A DNA stretch of 64,000 nucleotides from Lingula anatina (lineage: Eukaryota; Animalia; Brachiopoda): NCBI GenBank assembly GCA_051362555.1, contig CM120644.1:14406534-14470533 (forward strand). The letters are read 5' to 3'. The notes beneath the pieces are model-generated. The model saw only the letters and a program-made list of their open reading frames with translations, was not told the DNA's origin and did not search any database. Positions 10,001-24,300 of this stretch are shown here, piece by piece; position 1 is the first letter of the stretch; every line of letters starts with the position of its first letter. The position numbers were made by a program, and so were the translations under genes.

Positions 10001-11279
10001 CAGTGCCGGCACTGTTCAAAATCACTCAAAATCACCAAAAATCGACCCGTCTCCGATTTTTCCAAAAAGTGACGAAAATCAACCTACCACACCTGTCATT
10101 CATAAAAAATGTGGAAATGCACCCGGGTCACTTCATCAAGGCCCCCAATTCTAGCTTTAAAGATGATCCAAAAATAAGCTCTGAGAACAGAATCTGAGAG
10201 GGGGGGGAGGAGAGATAGTTTTTGCTCTATTTCTTCCTTAATGTTGACACCACCACTCTTCCAGCACTTTATTCTTACTACAAATGACCGAACACACCTA
10301 CCTGACACTATAATGAAGAAAAAAATTTTTCATCCCTACCTGGCCAAAATTGAAGAAATCTCGCAGTGCCGGCACTGTTCAAAATCACTCAAAATCACCA
10401 AAAATCGACCCGTCTCCGATTTTTTCCAAAAAGTGACGAAAATCAATCTACCACACCTGTCATTCATAAAAAATGTGGAAATGCGCCCGGGTCACTTCAT
10501 CAAGGCCCCCAATTCTAGCTTTAAAGATGATCCAAAAATAAGCTCTGAGAACAGAATCTGAGAGGGAGGGGGGGGGGAGACAGAGTTTTTGCTCTATTTC
10601 TTCCTTAATGTTGACACCACCACTCTTCCAGCACTTTATTCTTACTACAAATAACCGAACACACCTACCTGACACTATAATGAAGAAAAAAATTTTTCAT
10701 CCCTACCTGGCCAAAATTGAAGAAATCTCACAGTGCCGGCACTGTTCAAAATCACTCAAAATCACCAAAAATCGACCCGTCTCCGATTTTTCCAAAAAGT
10801 GACGAAAATCAATCTACCACACCTGTCATTCATAAAAAATGTGGAAACGCGCCCGGGTCACTTCATCAAGGCCCCCAATTCTAGCTTTAAAGATGATCCA
10901 AACATAAGCACTGAGAACAGAATCTGAGAGGGGGGGAGGAGAGATAGTTTTTGCTCTATTTCTTCCTTAATGTTGACACCACCACTCTTCCAGCACTTTA
11001 TTCTTACTACAAATGACCGAACACACCTACCTGACACTATAATGAAGAAAAAAATTTTTCATCCCTACCTGGCCAAAATTGAAGAAATCTCACAGTGCCG
11101 GCACTGTTCAAAATCACTCAAAATCACCAAAAATCGACCCGTCTCCGATTTTTCCAAAAAGTGACGAAAATCAATCTACCACACCTGTCATTCATAAAAA
11201 ATGTGGAAACGCGCCCGGGTCACTTCATCAAGGCCCCCAATTCTAGCTTTAAAGATGATCCAAAAATTAGCTCTGAGAA

Positions 11280-14200
11280 CAGAATCTGAGAGGGGGGGGG
11301 GAGAGAGAGTTTTTGCTCTATTTCTTCCTTAATGTTGACACCACCACTCTTCCAGCACTTTATTCTTACTACAAATGACCGAACACACCTACCTGACACT
11401 ATAATGAAGAAAAAAAATTTTCATCCCTACCTGGCCAAAATTGAAGAAATCTCACAGTGCCGGCACTGTTCAAAATCACTCAAAATCACCAAAAATCGAC
11501 CCATCTCCGATTTTTCCAAAAAGTGACGAAAATCAATCTACCACACCTGTCATTCATAAAAAATGTGGAAACGCGCCCGGGTCACTTCATCAAGGCCCCT
11601 AATTCTAGCTTTAGAGATGATCCAAAAATAAGCTCTGAGAACAGAATCTGAGAGGGGGGGGGGAGAGAGAGTTTTTGCTCTATTTCTTCCTTAATGTTGA
11701 TACCACCACTCTTCCAGCACTTTATTCTTACTACAAATGACCGAACACACCTACCTGACACTATAATGAAGAAAAAAATTTTTCATCCCTACCTGGCCAA
11801 AATTGAAGAAATCTCACAGTGCCGGCACTGTTCAAAATCACCAAAAATCGACCCATCTCCGATTTTTCCAAAAAGTGACGAAAATCAATCTACCACACCT
11901 GTCATTCATAAAAAATGTGGAAATGCGCCCGGGTCACTTCATCAAGGCCCCCAATTCTAGCTTTAAAGATGATCCAAAAATAAGCTCTGAGAACAGAATC
12001 TGAGAGGGGGGGGGAGAGAGAGTTTTTGCTCTATTTCTTCCTTAATGTTGACACCACCACTCTTCCAGCACTTTATTCTTACTACAAATGACCGAACACA
12101 CCTACCTGACACTATAATGAAGAAAAAAAAATTTCATCCCTACCTGGCCAAAATTGAAGAAATCTCAAAGTGCCGGCACTGTTCAAAATCACTCAAAATC
12201 ACCAAAAATCGACCCGTCTCCGATTTTTCAAAAAAGTGACGAAAATCAATCTACCACACCTGTCATTCATAAAAAATGTGGAAACGCGCCCGGTTCACTT
12301 CATCAAGGCCCCCAATTCTAGCTTTAAAGATGATCCAAAAATAAGCTCTGACAACAGAATCTGAGAGGGGGGGGAGAGAGAGTTTTTGCTCTATTTCTTC
12401 CTTAATGTTGACGCCACCACTCTTCCAGCACTTTATTCTTACTACAAATGACCGAACACACCTACCTGACACTATAATGAAGAAAAAAAATTTTCATCCC
12501 TTCCTGGCCAAAATTGAAGAAATCTCACAGTGCCGGCACTGTTCAAAATCACTCAAAATCACCAAAAATCGACCCGTCTCCGATTTTTCCAAAAAGTGAC
12601 GAAAATCAATCTACCACACCTGTCATTCATAAAAAATGTGGAAACGCGCCCGGGTCACTTCATCAAGGCCCCCAATTCTAGCTTTAAAGATGATCCAAAA
12701 ATAAGCTCTGAGAACAGAATCTGAGAGGGGGGGGGAGAGAGAGTTTTTGCTCTATTTCTTCCTTAATGTTGACTCCACCACTCTTCCAGCACTTTATTCT
12801 TACTACAAATGACCGAACACACCTACCTGACACTATAATGAAGAAAAAAAATTTTCATCCCTACCTGGCCAAAATTGAAGAAATCTCACAGTGCCGGCAC
12901 TGTTCAAAATCCCTCAAAATCACCAAAAATCGACCCGTCTCCGATTTTTCCAAAAAGTGACCAAAATCAATCTACCACACCTGTCATTCATAAAAAATGT
13001 GGAAACGCGCCCGGGTCACTTCATCAAGGCCCCCAATTCTAGCTTTAAAGATGATCCAAAAATAAGCTCTGAAAACAGAATCTGAGAAGGGGGGGGGGAG
13101 AGAGAGTTTTTGCTCTATTTCTTCCTTAATGTTGACACCACCACTCTTCCAGCACTTTATTCTTACTACAAATGACCGAACACACCTACCTGACACTATA
13201 ATGAAGAAAAAAAATTTTCATCCCTACCTGGCCAAAATTGAAGAAATCTCACAGTGCCGGCACTGTTCAAAATCACTCAAAATCACCAAAAATCGACCCG
13301 TCTCCGATTTTTCCAAAAAGTGACCAAAATCAATCTACCACACCTGTCATTCATAAAAAATGTGGAAACGCACCCGGGTCACTTCATCAAGGCCCCCAAT
13401 TCTAGCTTTAAAGATGATCCAAAAATAAGCTCTGAGAACAGAATCTGAGAGGTTGGGGGAGAGAGAGTTTTTGCTCTATTTCTTCCTTAATGTTGACACC
13501 ACCACTCTTCCAGCACTTTATTCTTACTACAAATGACCGAACACACCTACCTGACACTATAATGAAGAAAAAAAAATTTCATCCCTACCTGGCCAAAATT
13601 GAAGAAATCTCACAGTGCCGGCACTGTTCAAAATCACCAAAAATCGACCCATCTCCGATTTTTCCAAAAAGTGACGAAAATCAATCTACCACACCTGTCA
13701 TTCAAAAAAAATGTGGAAATGCGCCCGGGTCACTTCATCAAGGCCCCCAATTCTAGCTTTAAAGATGATCCAAAAATAAGCTCTGAGAACAGAATCTGAG
13801 AGGGGGGGGGGAGAGAGAGTTTTTGCTCTATTTCTTCCTTAATGTTGACACCACCACTCTTCCAGCACTTTATTCTTACTACAAATGACCGAACACACCT
13901 ACCTGACACTATAATGAAGAAAAAAAAATTTCATCCCTACCTGGCCAAAATTGAAGAAATCTCACAGTGCCGGCACTGTTCAAAATCACTCAAAATCACC
14001 AAAAATCGACCCGTCTCCGATTTTTCCAAAAAGTGACGAAAATCAATCTACCACACCTGTCATTCATAAAAAATGTGGAAACGCGCCCGGTTCACTTCAT
14101 CAAGGCCCCCAATTCTAGCTTTAAAGATGATCCAAAAATAAGCTCTGACAACAGAATCTGAGAGGGGGGGGAGAGAGAGTTTTTGCTCTATTTCTTCCTT

Positions 14201-17200
14201 AATGTTGACGCCACCACTCTTCCAGCACTTTATTCTTACTACAAATGACCGAACACACCTACCTGACACTATAATGAAGAAAAAAAATTTTCATCCCTTC
14301 CTGGCCAAAATTGAAGAAATCTCACAGTGCCGGCACTGTTCAAAATCACTCAAAATCACCAAAAATCGACCCGTCTCCGATTTTTCCAAAAAGTGACGAA
14401 AATCAATCTACCACACCTGTCATTCATAAAAAATGTGGAAACGCGCCCGGGTCACTTCATCAAGGCCCCCAATTCTAGCTTTAAAGATGATCCAAAAATA
14501 AGCTCTGAGAACAGAATCTGAGAGGGGGGGGGGAGAGAGAGTTTTTGCTCTATTTCTTCCTTAATGTTGACACCACCACTCTTCCAGCACTTTATTCTTA
14601 CTACAAATGACCGAACACACCTACCTGACACTATAATGAAGAAAAAAAATTTTCATCCCTACCTGGCCAAAATTGAAGAAATCTCACAGTGCCGGCCACT
14701 GTTCAAAATCACTCAAAATCACCAAAAATCGACCCGTCTCCGATTTTTCCAAAAAGTGACGAAAATCAATCTACCACACCTGTCATTCATAAAAAATGTG
14801 GAAACACGCCCGGGTCACTTCATCAAGGCCCCCAATTCTAGCTTTAAAGATGATCCAAAAATTAGCTCTGAGAACAGAATCTGAGAGGGGGGGGGGGGAG
14901 AGAGAGTTTTTGCTCTATTTCTTCCTTAATGTTGACACCACCACTCTTCCAGCACTTTATTCTTACTACAAATGACCGAACACACCTACCTGACACTATA
15001 ATGAAGAAAAAAAATTTTCATCCCTACCTGGCCAAAATTGAAGAAATCTCACAGTGCCGGCACTGTTCAAAATCACTCAAAATCACCAAAAATCGACCCA
15101 TCTCCGATTTTTCCAAAAAGTGACGAAAATCAATCTACCACACCTGTCATTCATAAAAAATGTGGAAACGCGCCCGGGTCACTTCATCAAGGCCCCTAAT
15201 TCTAGCTTTAGAGATGATCCAAAAATAAGCTCTGAGAACAGAATCTGAGAGGGGGGGGGAGAGAGAGTTTTTGCTCTATTTCTTCCTTAATGTTGATACC
15301 ACCACTCTTCCAGCACTTTATTCTTACTACAAATGACCGAACACACCTACCTGACACTATAATGAAGAAAAAAATTTTTCATCCCTACCTGGCCAAAATT
15401 GAAGAAATCTCACAGTGCCGGCACTGTTCAAAATCACCAAAAATCGACCCATCTCCGATTTTTCCAAAAAGTGACGAAAATCAATCTACCACACGTGTCA
15501 TTCATAAAAAATGTGGAAATGCGCCCGGGTCACTTCATCAAGGCCCCCAATTCTAGCTTTAAAGATGATCCAAAAATAAGCTCTGAGAACAGAATCTGAG
15601 AGGGGGGGGGGAGAGAGAGTTTTTGCTCTATTTCTTCCTTAATGTTGACACCACCACTCTTCCAGCACTTTATTCTTACTACAAATGACCGAACACACCT
15701 ACCTGACACTATAATGAAGAAAAAAAAATTTCATCCCTACCTGGCCAAAATTGAAGAAATCTCAAAGTGCCGGCACTGTTCAAAATCACTCAAAATCACC
15801 AAAAATCGACCCGTCTCCGATTTTTCAAAAAAGTGACGAAAATCAATCTACCACACCTGTCATTCATAAAAAATGTGGAAACGCGCCCGGGTCACTTCAT
15901 CAAGGCCCCCAATTCTAGCTTTAAAGATGATCCAAAAATAAGCTCTGACAACAGAATCTGAGAGGGGGGGGAGAGAGAGTTTTTGCTCTATTTCTTCCTT
16001 AATGTTGACGCCACCACTCTTCCAGCACTTTATTCTTACTACAAATGACCGAACACACCTACCTGACACTATAATGAAGAAAAAAAATTTTCATCCCTTC
16101 CTGGCCAAAATTGAAGAAATCTCACAGTGCCGGCACTGTTCAAAATCACTCAAAATCACCAAAAATCGACCCGTCTCCGATTTTTCCAAAAAGTGACGAA
16201 AATCAATCTACCACACCTGTCATTCATAAAAAATGTGGAAACGCGCCCGGGTCACTTCATCAAGGCCCCCAATTCTAGCTTTAAAGATGATCCAAAAATA
16301 AGCTCTGAGAACAGAATCTGAGAGGGGGGGGGGGGAGAGAGAGTTTTTGCTCTATTTCTTCCTTAATGTTGACTCCACCACTCTTCCAGCACTTTATTCT
16401 TACTACAAATGACCGAACACACCTACCTGACACTATAATGAAGAAAAAAATTTTCATCCCTACCTGGCCAAAATTGAAGAAATCTCACAGTGCCGGCACT
16501 GTTCAAAATCCCTCAAAATCACCAAAAATCGACCCGTCTCCGATTTTTCCAAAAAGTGACCAAAATCAATCTACCACACCTGTCATTCATAAAAAATGTG
16601 GAAACGCGCCCGGGTCACTTCATCAAGGCCCCCAATTCTAGCTTTAAAGATGACCCAAAAATAAGCTCTGAAAACAGAATCTGAGAAGGGGGGGGGGGGG
16701 GGGGGAGAGAGAGTTTTTGCTCTATTTCTTCCATAATGTTGACACCACCACTCTTCCAGCACTTTATTCTTACTACAAATGACCGAACACACCTACCTGA
16801 CACTATAATGAAGAAAAAAAATTTTCATCCCTACCTGGCCAAAATTGAAGAAATCTCACAGTGCCGGCACTGTTCAAAATCACTCAAAATCACCAAAAAT
16901 CGACCCGTCTCCGATTTTTCCAAAAAGTGACCAAAATCAATCTACCACACCTGTCATTCATAAAAAATGTGGAAACGCACCCGGGTCACTTCATCAAGGC
17001 CCCCAATTCTAGCTTTAAAGATGATCCAAAAATAAGCTCTGAGAACAGAATCTGAGAGGTGGGGGGAGAGAGAGTTTTTGCTCTATTTCTTCCTTAATGT
17101 TGACACCACCACTCTTCCAGCACTTTATTCTTACTACAAATGACCGAACACACCTACCTGACACTATAATGAAGAAAAAAAAATTTCATCCCTACCTGGC

Positions 17201-18530
17201 CAAAATTGAAGAAATCTCACAGTGCCGGCACTGTTCAAAATCACCAAAAATCGACCCATCTCCGATTTTTCCAAAAAGTGACGAAAATCAATCTACCACA
17301 CCTGTCATTCATAAAAAATGTGGAAATGCGCCCGGGTCACTTCATCAAGGCCCCCCAATTCTAGCTTTAAAGATGATCCAAAAATAAGCTCTGAGAACAG
17401 AATCTGAGAGGGAGGGGGGGGAGAGAGAGTTTTTGCTCTATTTCTTCCTTAATGTTGACACCACCACTCTTCCAGCACTTTATTCTTACTACAAATGACC
17501 GAACACACCTACCTGACACTATAATGAAGAAAAAAAAATTTCATCCCTACCTGGCCAAAATTGAAGAAATCTCACAGTGCCGGCACTGTTCAAAATCACT
17601 CAAAATCACCAAAAATCGACCCGTCTCCGATTTTTCCAAAAAGTGACGAAAATCAATCTACCACACCTGTCATTCATAAAAAATGTGGAAACGCGCCCGG
17701 TTCACTTCATCAAGGCCCCCAATTCTAGCTTTAAAGATGATCCAAAAATAAGCTCTGACAACAGAATCTGAGAGGGGGGGGAGAGAGAGTTTTTGCTCTA
17801 TTTCTTCCTTAATGTTGACGCCACCACTCTTCCAGCACTTTATTCTTACTACAAATGACCGAACACACCTACCTGACACTATAATGAAGAAAAAAAATTT
17901 TCATCCCTTCCTGGCCAAAATTGAAGAAATCTCACAGTGCCGGCACTGTTCAAAATCACTCAAAATCACCAAAAATCGACCCGTCTCCGATTTTTCCAAA
18001 AAGTGACGAAAATCAATCTACCACACCTGTCATTCATAAAAAATGTGGAAACGCGCCCGGGTCACTTCATCAAGGCCCCCAATTCTAGCTTTAAAGATGA
18101 TCCAAAAATAAGCTCTGAGAACAGAATCTGAGAGGGGGGGGGGAGAGAGAGTTTTTGCTCTATTTCTTCCTTAATGTTGACACCACCACTCTTCCAGCAC
18201 TTTATTCTTACTACAAATGACCGAACACACCTACCTGACACTATAATGAAGAAAAAAAATTTTCATCCCTACCTGGCCAAAATTGAAGAAATCTCACAGT
18301 GCCGGCCACTGTTCAAAATCACTCAAAATCACCAAAAATCGACCCGTCTCCGATTTTTCCAAAAAGTGACCAAAATCAATCTACCACACCTGTCATTCAT
18401 AAAAAATGTGGAAACGCGCCCGGGTCACTTCATCAAGGCCCCCAATTCTAGCTTTAAAGATGATCCAAAAATAAGCTCTGAGAACAGAATCTGAGAGGGG
18501 GAGGGGAGACAGAGTTTTTGCTCTATATCT
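11280..18530. repeat. Higher-order repeat: 10-mer (~3.6 kb) x2, with nested 5-mer periodicity
   Basis: Diagnostic variants pair up at 11332/14929, 11694/15290, 12045/15642, 12405/16002, 12766/16366, 13490/17097 and 14564/18174. The 10-bp-deletion monomers recur every ~1.8 kb. Confidence 0.9.
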
Positions 18531-21379
18531 TCCTTAATGTTGACACCACCACTCTTCCAGCACTTTATTCTTACTACAAATGACCGAACACACCTACATG
18601 ACACTATAATGAAGAAAAAAAATTTTCATCCCTACCTGGCCAAAATTGAAGAAATCTCACAGTGCCGGCACTGTTCAAAATCACTCAAAATCACCAAAAA
18701 TCGACCCGTCTCCGATTTTTCCAAAAAGTGACGAAAATCAATCTACCACACCTGTCATTCATAAAAAATGTGGAAACGCGCCCGGGTCACTTCATCAAGG
18801 CCCCCAATTCTAGCTTTAAAGATGATCCAAAAATAAGCTCTGAGAACAGAATCTGAGAGGGGGGGGGGGGAGAGAGAGTTTTTGCTCTATTTCTTCCTTA
18901 ATGTTGACACCACCACTCTTCCAGCACTTTATTCTTACTACAAATGACCGAACACACCTACCTGACACTATAATGAAGAAAAAAAAATTTCATCCCTACC
19001 TGGCCAAAATTGAAGAAATCTCACAGTGCCGGCACTGTTCAAAATCACCAAAAATCGACCCATCTCCGATTTTTCCAAAAAGTGACAAAAATCAATCTAC
19101 CACACCTGTCATTCATAAAAAATGTGGAAATGCGCCCGGGTCACTTCATCAAGGCCCCCAATTCTAGCTTTAAAGATGATCCAAAAATAAGCTCTGAGAA
19201 CAGAATCTGAGAGGGGGGGGGGAGAGAGAGTTTTTACTCTATTTCTTCCTTAATGTTGACACCACCACTCTTCCAGCACTTTATTCTTACTACAAATGAC
19301 CGAACACACCTACCTGACACTATAATGAAGAAAAAAAAATTTCATCCCTACCTGGCCAAAATTGAAGAAATCTCACAGTGCCGGCACTTTTCAAAATCAC
19401 CAAAAATCGACCCATCTCCGATTTTTCCAAAAAGTGACGAAAATCAATCTACCACACCTGTCATTCATAAAAAATGTGGAAACGCGCCCGGTTCACTTCA
19501 TCAAGGCCCCCAATTCTAGCTTTAAAGATGATCCAAAAATAAGCTCTGAGAACAGAATCTGAGAGGGGGGGGGGAGAGAGAGTTTTTGCTCTATTTCTTC
19601 CTTAATGTTGACACCACCACTCTTCCAGCACTTTATTCTTACTACAAATGACCGAACACACCTACCTGACACTATAATGAAGAAAAAAAATTTTCATCCC
19701 TACCTGGCCAAAATTGAAGAAATCTCACAGTGCCGGCACTGTTCAAAATCACTCAAAATCACCAAAAATCGACCCGTCTCCGATTTTTCCAAAAAGTGAC
19801 CAAAATCAATCTACCACACCTGTCATTCATAAAAAATGTGGAAACGCGCCCGGGTCACTTCATCAAGGCCCCCAATTCTAGCTTTAAAGATGATCCAAAA
19901 ATAAGCTCTGAAAACAGAATCTGAGAAGGGGGGGGGGGGGGAGAGAGAGAGTTTTTGCTCTATTTCTTCCTTAATGTTGACACCACCACTCTTCCAGCAC
20001 TTTATTCTTACTACAAATGACCGAACACACCTACCTGACACTATAATGAAGAAAAAAAATTTTCATCCCTACCTGGCCAAAATTGAAGAAATCTCACAGT
20101 GCCGGCACTGTTCAAAATCACTCAAAATCACCAAAAATCGACCCGTCTCCGATTTTTCCAAAAAGTGACCAAAATCAATCTACCACACCTGTCATTCATA
20201 AAAAATGTGGAAACGCACCCGGGTCACTTCATCAAGGCCCCCAATTCTAGCTTTAAAGATGATCCAAAAATAAGCTCTGAGAACAGAATCTGAGAGGGAG
20301 GGGGGGGGGGGGAGACAGAGTTTTTGCTCTATTTCTTCCTTAATGTTGACACCACCACTCTTCCAGCACTTTATTCTTACTACAAATGACCGAACACACC
20401 TACCTGACACTATAATGAAGAAAAAAAATTTTCATCCCTACCTGGCCAAAATTGAAGAAATCTCACAGTGCCGGCACTGTTCAAAATCACTCAAAATCAC
20501 CAAAAATCGACCCGTCTCCGATTTTTCCAAAAAGTGACGAAAATCAATCTACCACACCTGTCATTCATAAAAAATGTGGAAACGCGCCCGGGTCACTTCA
20601 TCAAGGCCCCCAATTCTAGCTTTAAAGATGATCCAAAAATAAGCTCTGAGAACAGAATCTGAGAGGGGGGGGAGAGAGAGTTTTTGCTCTATTTCTTCCT
20701 TAATGTTGACACCACCACTCTTCCAGCACTTTATTCTTACTACAAATGACCGAACACACCTACCTGACACTATAATGAAGAAAAAAAATTTTCATCCCTA
20801 CCTGGCCAAAATTGAAGAAATCTCACAGTGCCGGCACTGTTCAAAATCACTCAAAATCACCAAAAATCGACCCGTCTCCGATTTTTCCAAAAAGTGACCA
20901 AAATCAATCTACCACACCTGTCATTCATAAAAAATGTGGAAACGCGCCCGGTTCACTTCATCAAGGCCCCCAATTCTAGCTTTAAAGATGATCCAAAAAT
21001 AAGCTCTGAGAACAGAATCTGAGAGGGGGGGGGGAGAGAGAGTTTTTGCTCTATTTCTTCCTTAATGTTGACACCACCACTCTTCCAGCACTTTATTCTT
21101 ACTACAAATGACCGAACACACCTACCTGACACTATAATGAAGAAAAAAAATTTTCATCCCTACCTGGCCAAAATTGAAGAAATCTCACAGTGCCGGCACT
21201 GTTCAAAATCACTCAAAATCACCAAAAATCGACCCGTCTCCGATTTTTCCAAAAAGTGACCAAAATCAATCTACCACACCTGTCATTCATAAAAAACGTG
21301 GAAACGCGCCCGGGTCACTTCATCAAGGCCCCCAATTCTAGCTTTAAAGATGATCCAAAAATAAGCTCTGAAAACAGAA

Positions 21380-24300
21380 TCTGAGAAGGGGGGGGGGGGG
21401 GGAGAGAGAGAGTTTTTGCTCTATTTCTTCCTTAATGTTGACACCACCACTCTTCCAGCACTTTATTCTTACTACAAATGACCGAACACACCTACCTGAC
21501 ACTATAATGAAGAAAAAAAATTTTCATCCCTACCTGGCCAAAATTGAAGAAATCTCACAGTGCCGGCACTGTTCAAAATCACTCAAAATCACCAAAAATC
21601 GACCCGTCTCCGATTTTTCCAAAAAGTGACGAAAATCAATCTACCACACCTGTCATTCATAAAAAATGTGTAAACTCGCCCGGGTCACTTCATCAAGGCC
21701 CCCAATTCTAGCTTTAAAGATGATCCAAAAATAAGCTCTGAGAACAGAATCTGAGAGGGGGGGGGAGAGAGAGTTTTTGCTCTATTTCTTCCTTAATGTT
21801 GACACCACCACTCTTCCAGCACTTTATTCTTACTACAAATGACCGAACACACCTACCTGACACTATAATGAAGAAAAAAAATTTTCATCCCTACCTGGCC
21901 AAAATTGAAGAAATCTCACAGTGCCGGCACTGTTCAAAATCACTCAAAATCACCAAAAATCGACCCGTCTCCGATTTTTCCAAAAAGTGACCAAAATCAA
22001 TCTACCACACCTGTCATTCATAAAAAATGTGGAAACGCACCCGGGTCACTTCATCAAGGCCCCCAATTCTAGCTTTAAAGATGATCCAAAAATAAGCTCT
22101 GAGAACAGAATCTGAGAGGGAGGGGGGGGGGAGACAGAGTTTTTGCTCTATTTCTTCCTTAATGTTGACACCACCACTCTTCCAGCACTTTATTCTTACT
22201 ACAAATGACCGAACACACCTACCTGACACTATAATGAAGAAAAAAAATTTTCATCCCTACCTGGCCAAAATTGAAGAAATCTCACAGTGCCGGCACTGTT
22301 CAAAATCACTCAAAATCACCAAAAATCGACCCGTCTCCGATTTTTCCAAAAAGTGACGAAAATCAATCTACCACACCTGTCATTCATAAAAAATGTGGAA
22401 ACGCGCCCGGGTCACTTCATCAAGGCCCCCAATTCTAGCTTTAAAGATGATCCAAAAATAAGCTCTGAGAACAGAATCTGAGAGGGGGGGGAGAGAGAGT
22501 TTTTGCTCTATTTCTTCCTTAATGTTGACACAACCACTCTTCCAAAACTTTATTCTTACTACAAAAGACCGAACACACCTACCTGACACTATAATGAAGA
22601 AAAAAAATTTTCATCCCTACCTGGCCAAAATTGAAGAAATCTCACAGTGCCGGCACTGTTCAAAATCACTCAAAATCACCAAAAATCGACCCGTCTCCGA
22701 TTTTTCCAAAAAGTGACCAAAATCAATCTACCACACCTGTCATTCATAAAAAATGTGGAAACGCACCCGGGTCACTTCATCAAGGCCCCCAATTCTAGCT
22801 TTAAAGATGATCCAAAAATAAGCTCTGAGAACAGAATCTGAGAGGGGGGGGGGGAGACAGAGTTTTTGCTCTATATCTTCCTTAATGTTGACACCACCAC
22901 TCTTCCAGCACTTTATTCTTACTACAAATGACCGAACACACCTACCTGACACTATAATGAAGAAAAAAAATTTTCATCGCTACCTGGCCAAAATTGAAGA
23001 AATCTCACAGTGCAGGCACTGATCAAAATCACTCAAAATCACCAAAAATTGACCCGTCTCCGATTTTTCCAAAAAGTGACGAAAATCAATCTACCTCACC
23101 TGTCATTCATAAAAAATGTGGAAACGCGCCCGGGTCACTTCATCAAGGCCCCCAATTCTAGCTTTAAAGATGATCCAAAAATAAGCTCTGAAAACAGAAT
23201 CTGAGAAGGGGGGGGGGGGGGGGAGAGAGAGAGTTTTTGCTCTATTTCTTCCTTAATGTTGACACCACCACTCTTCCAGCACTTTATTCTTACTACAAAT
23301 GACCGAACACACCTACCTGACACTATAATGAAGAAAAAAAATTTTCATCCCTACCTGGCCAAAATTGAAGAAATCTCACAGTGCCGGCACTGTTCAAAAT
23401 CACTCAAAATCACCAAAAATCGACCCGTCTCCGATTTTTCCAAAAAGTGACGAAAATCAATCTACCACACCTGTCATTCATAAAAAATGTGTAAACTCGC
23501 CCGGGTCACTTCATCAAGGCCCCCAATTCTAGCTTTAAAGATGATCCAAAAATAAGCTCTGAGAACAGAATCTGAGAGGGGGGGGGAGAGAGAGTTTTTG
23601 CTCTATTTCTTCCTTAATGTTGACACCACCACTCTTCCAGCACTTTATTCTTACTACAAATGACCGAACACACCTACCTGACACTATAATGAAGAAAAAA
23701 AATTTTCATCCCTACCTGGCCAAAATTGAAGAAATCTCACAGTGCCGGCACTGTTCAAAATCACTCAAAATCACCAAAAATCGACCCGTCTCCGATTTTT
23801 CCAAAAAGTGACCAAAATCAATCTACCACACCTGTCATTCATAAAAAATGTGGAAACGCACCCGGGTCACTTCATCAAGGCCCCCAATTCTAGCTTTAAA
23901 GATGATCCAAAAATAAGCTCTGAGAACAGAATCTGAGAGGGAGGGGGGGGGGGAGACAGAGTTTTTGCTCTATTTCTTCCTTAATGTTGACACCACCACT
24001 CTTCCAGCACTTTATTCTTACTACAAATGACCGAACACACCTACCTGACACTATAATGAAGAAAAAAAATTTTCATCCCTACCTGGCCAAAATTGAAGAA
24101 ATCTCACAGTGCCGGCACTGTTCAAAATCACTCAAAATCACCAAAAATCGACCCGTCTCCGATTTTTCCAAAAAGTGACGAAAATCAATCTACCACACCT
24201 GTCATTCATAAAAAATGTGGAAACGCGCCCGGGTCACTTCATCAAGGCCCCCAATTCTAGCTTTAAAGATGATCCAAAAATAAGCTCTGAGAACAGAATC

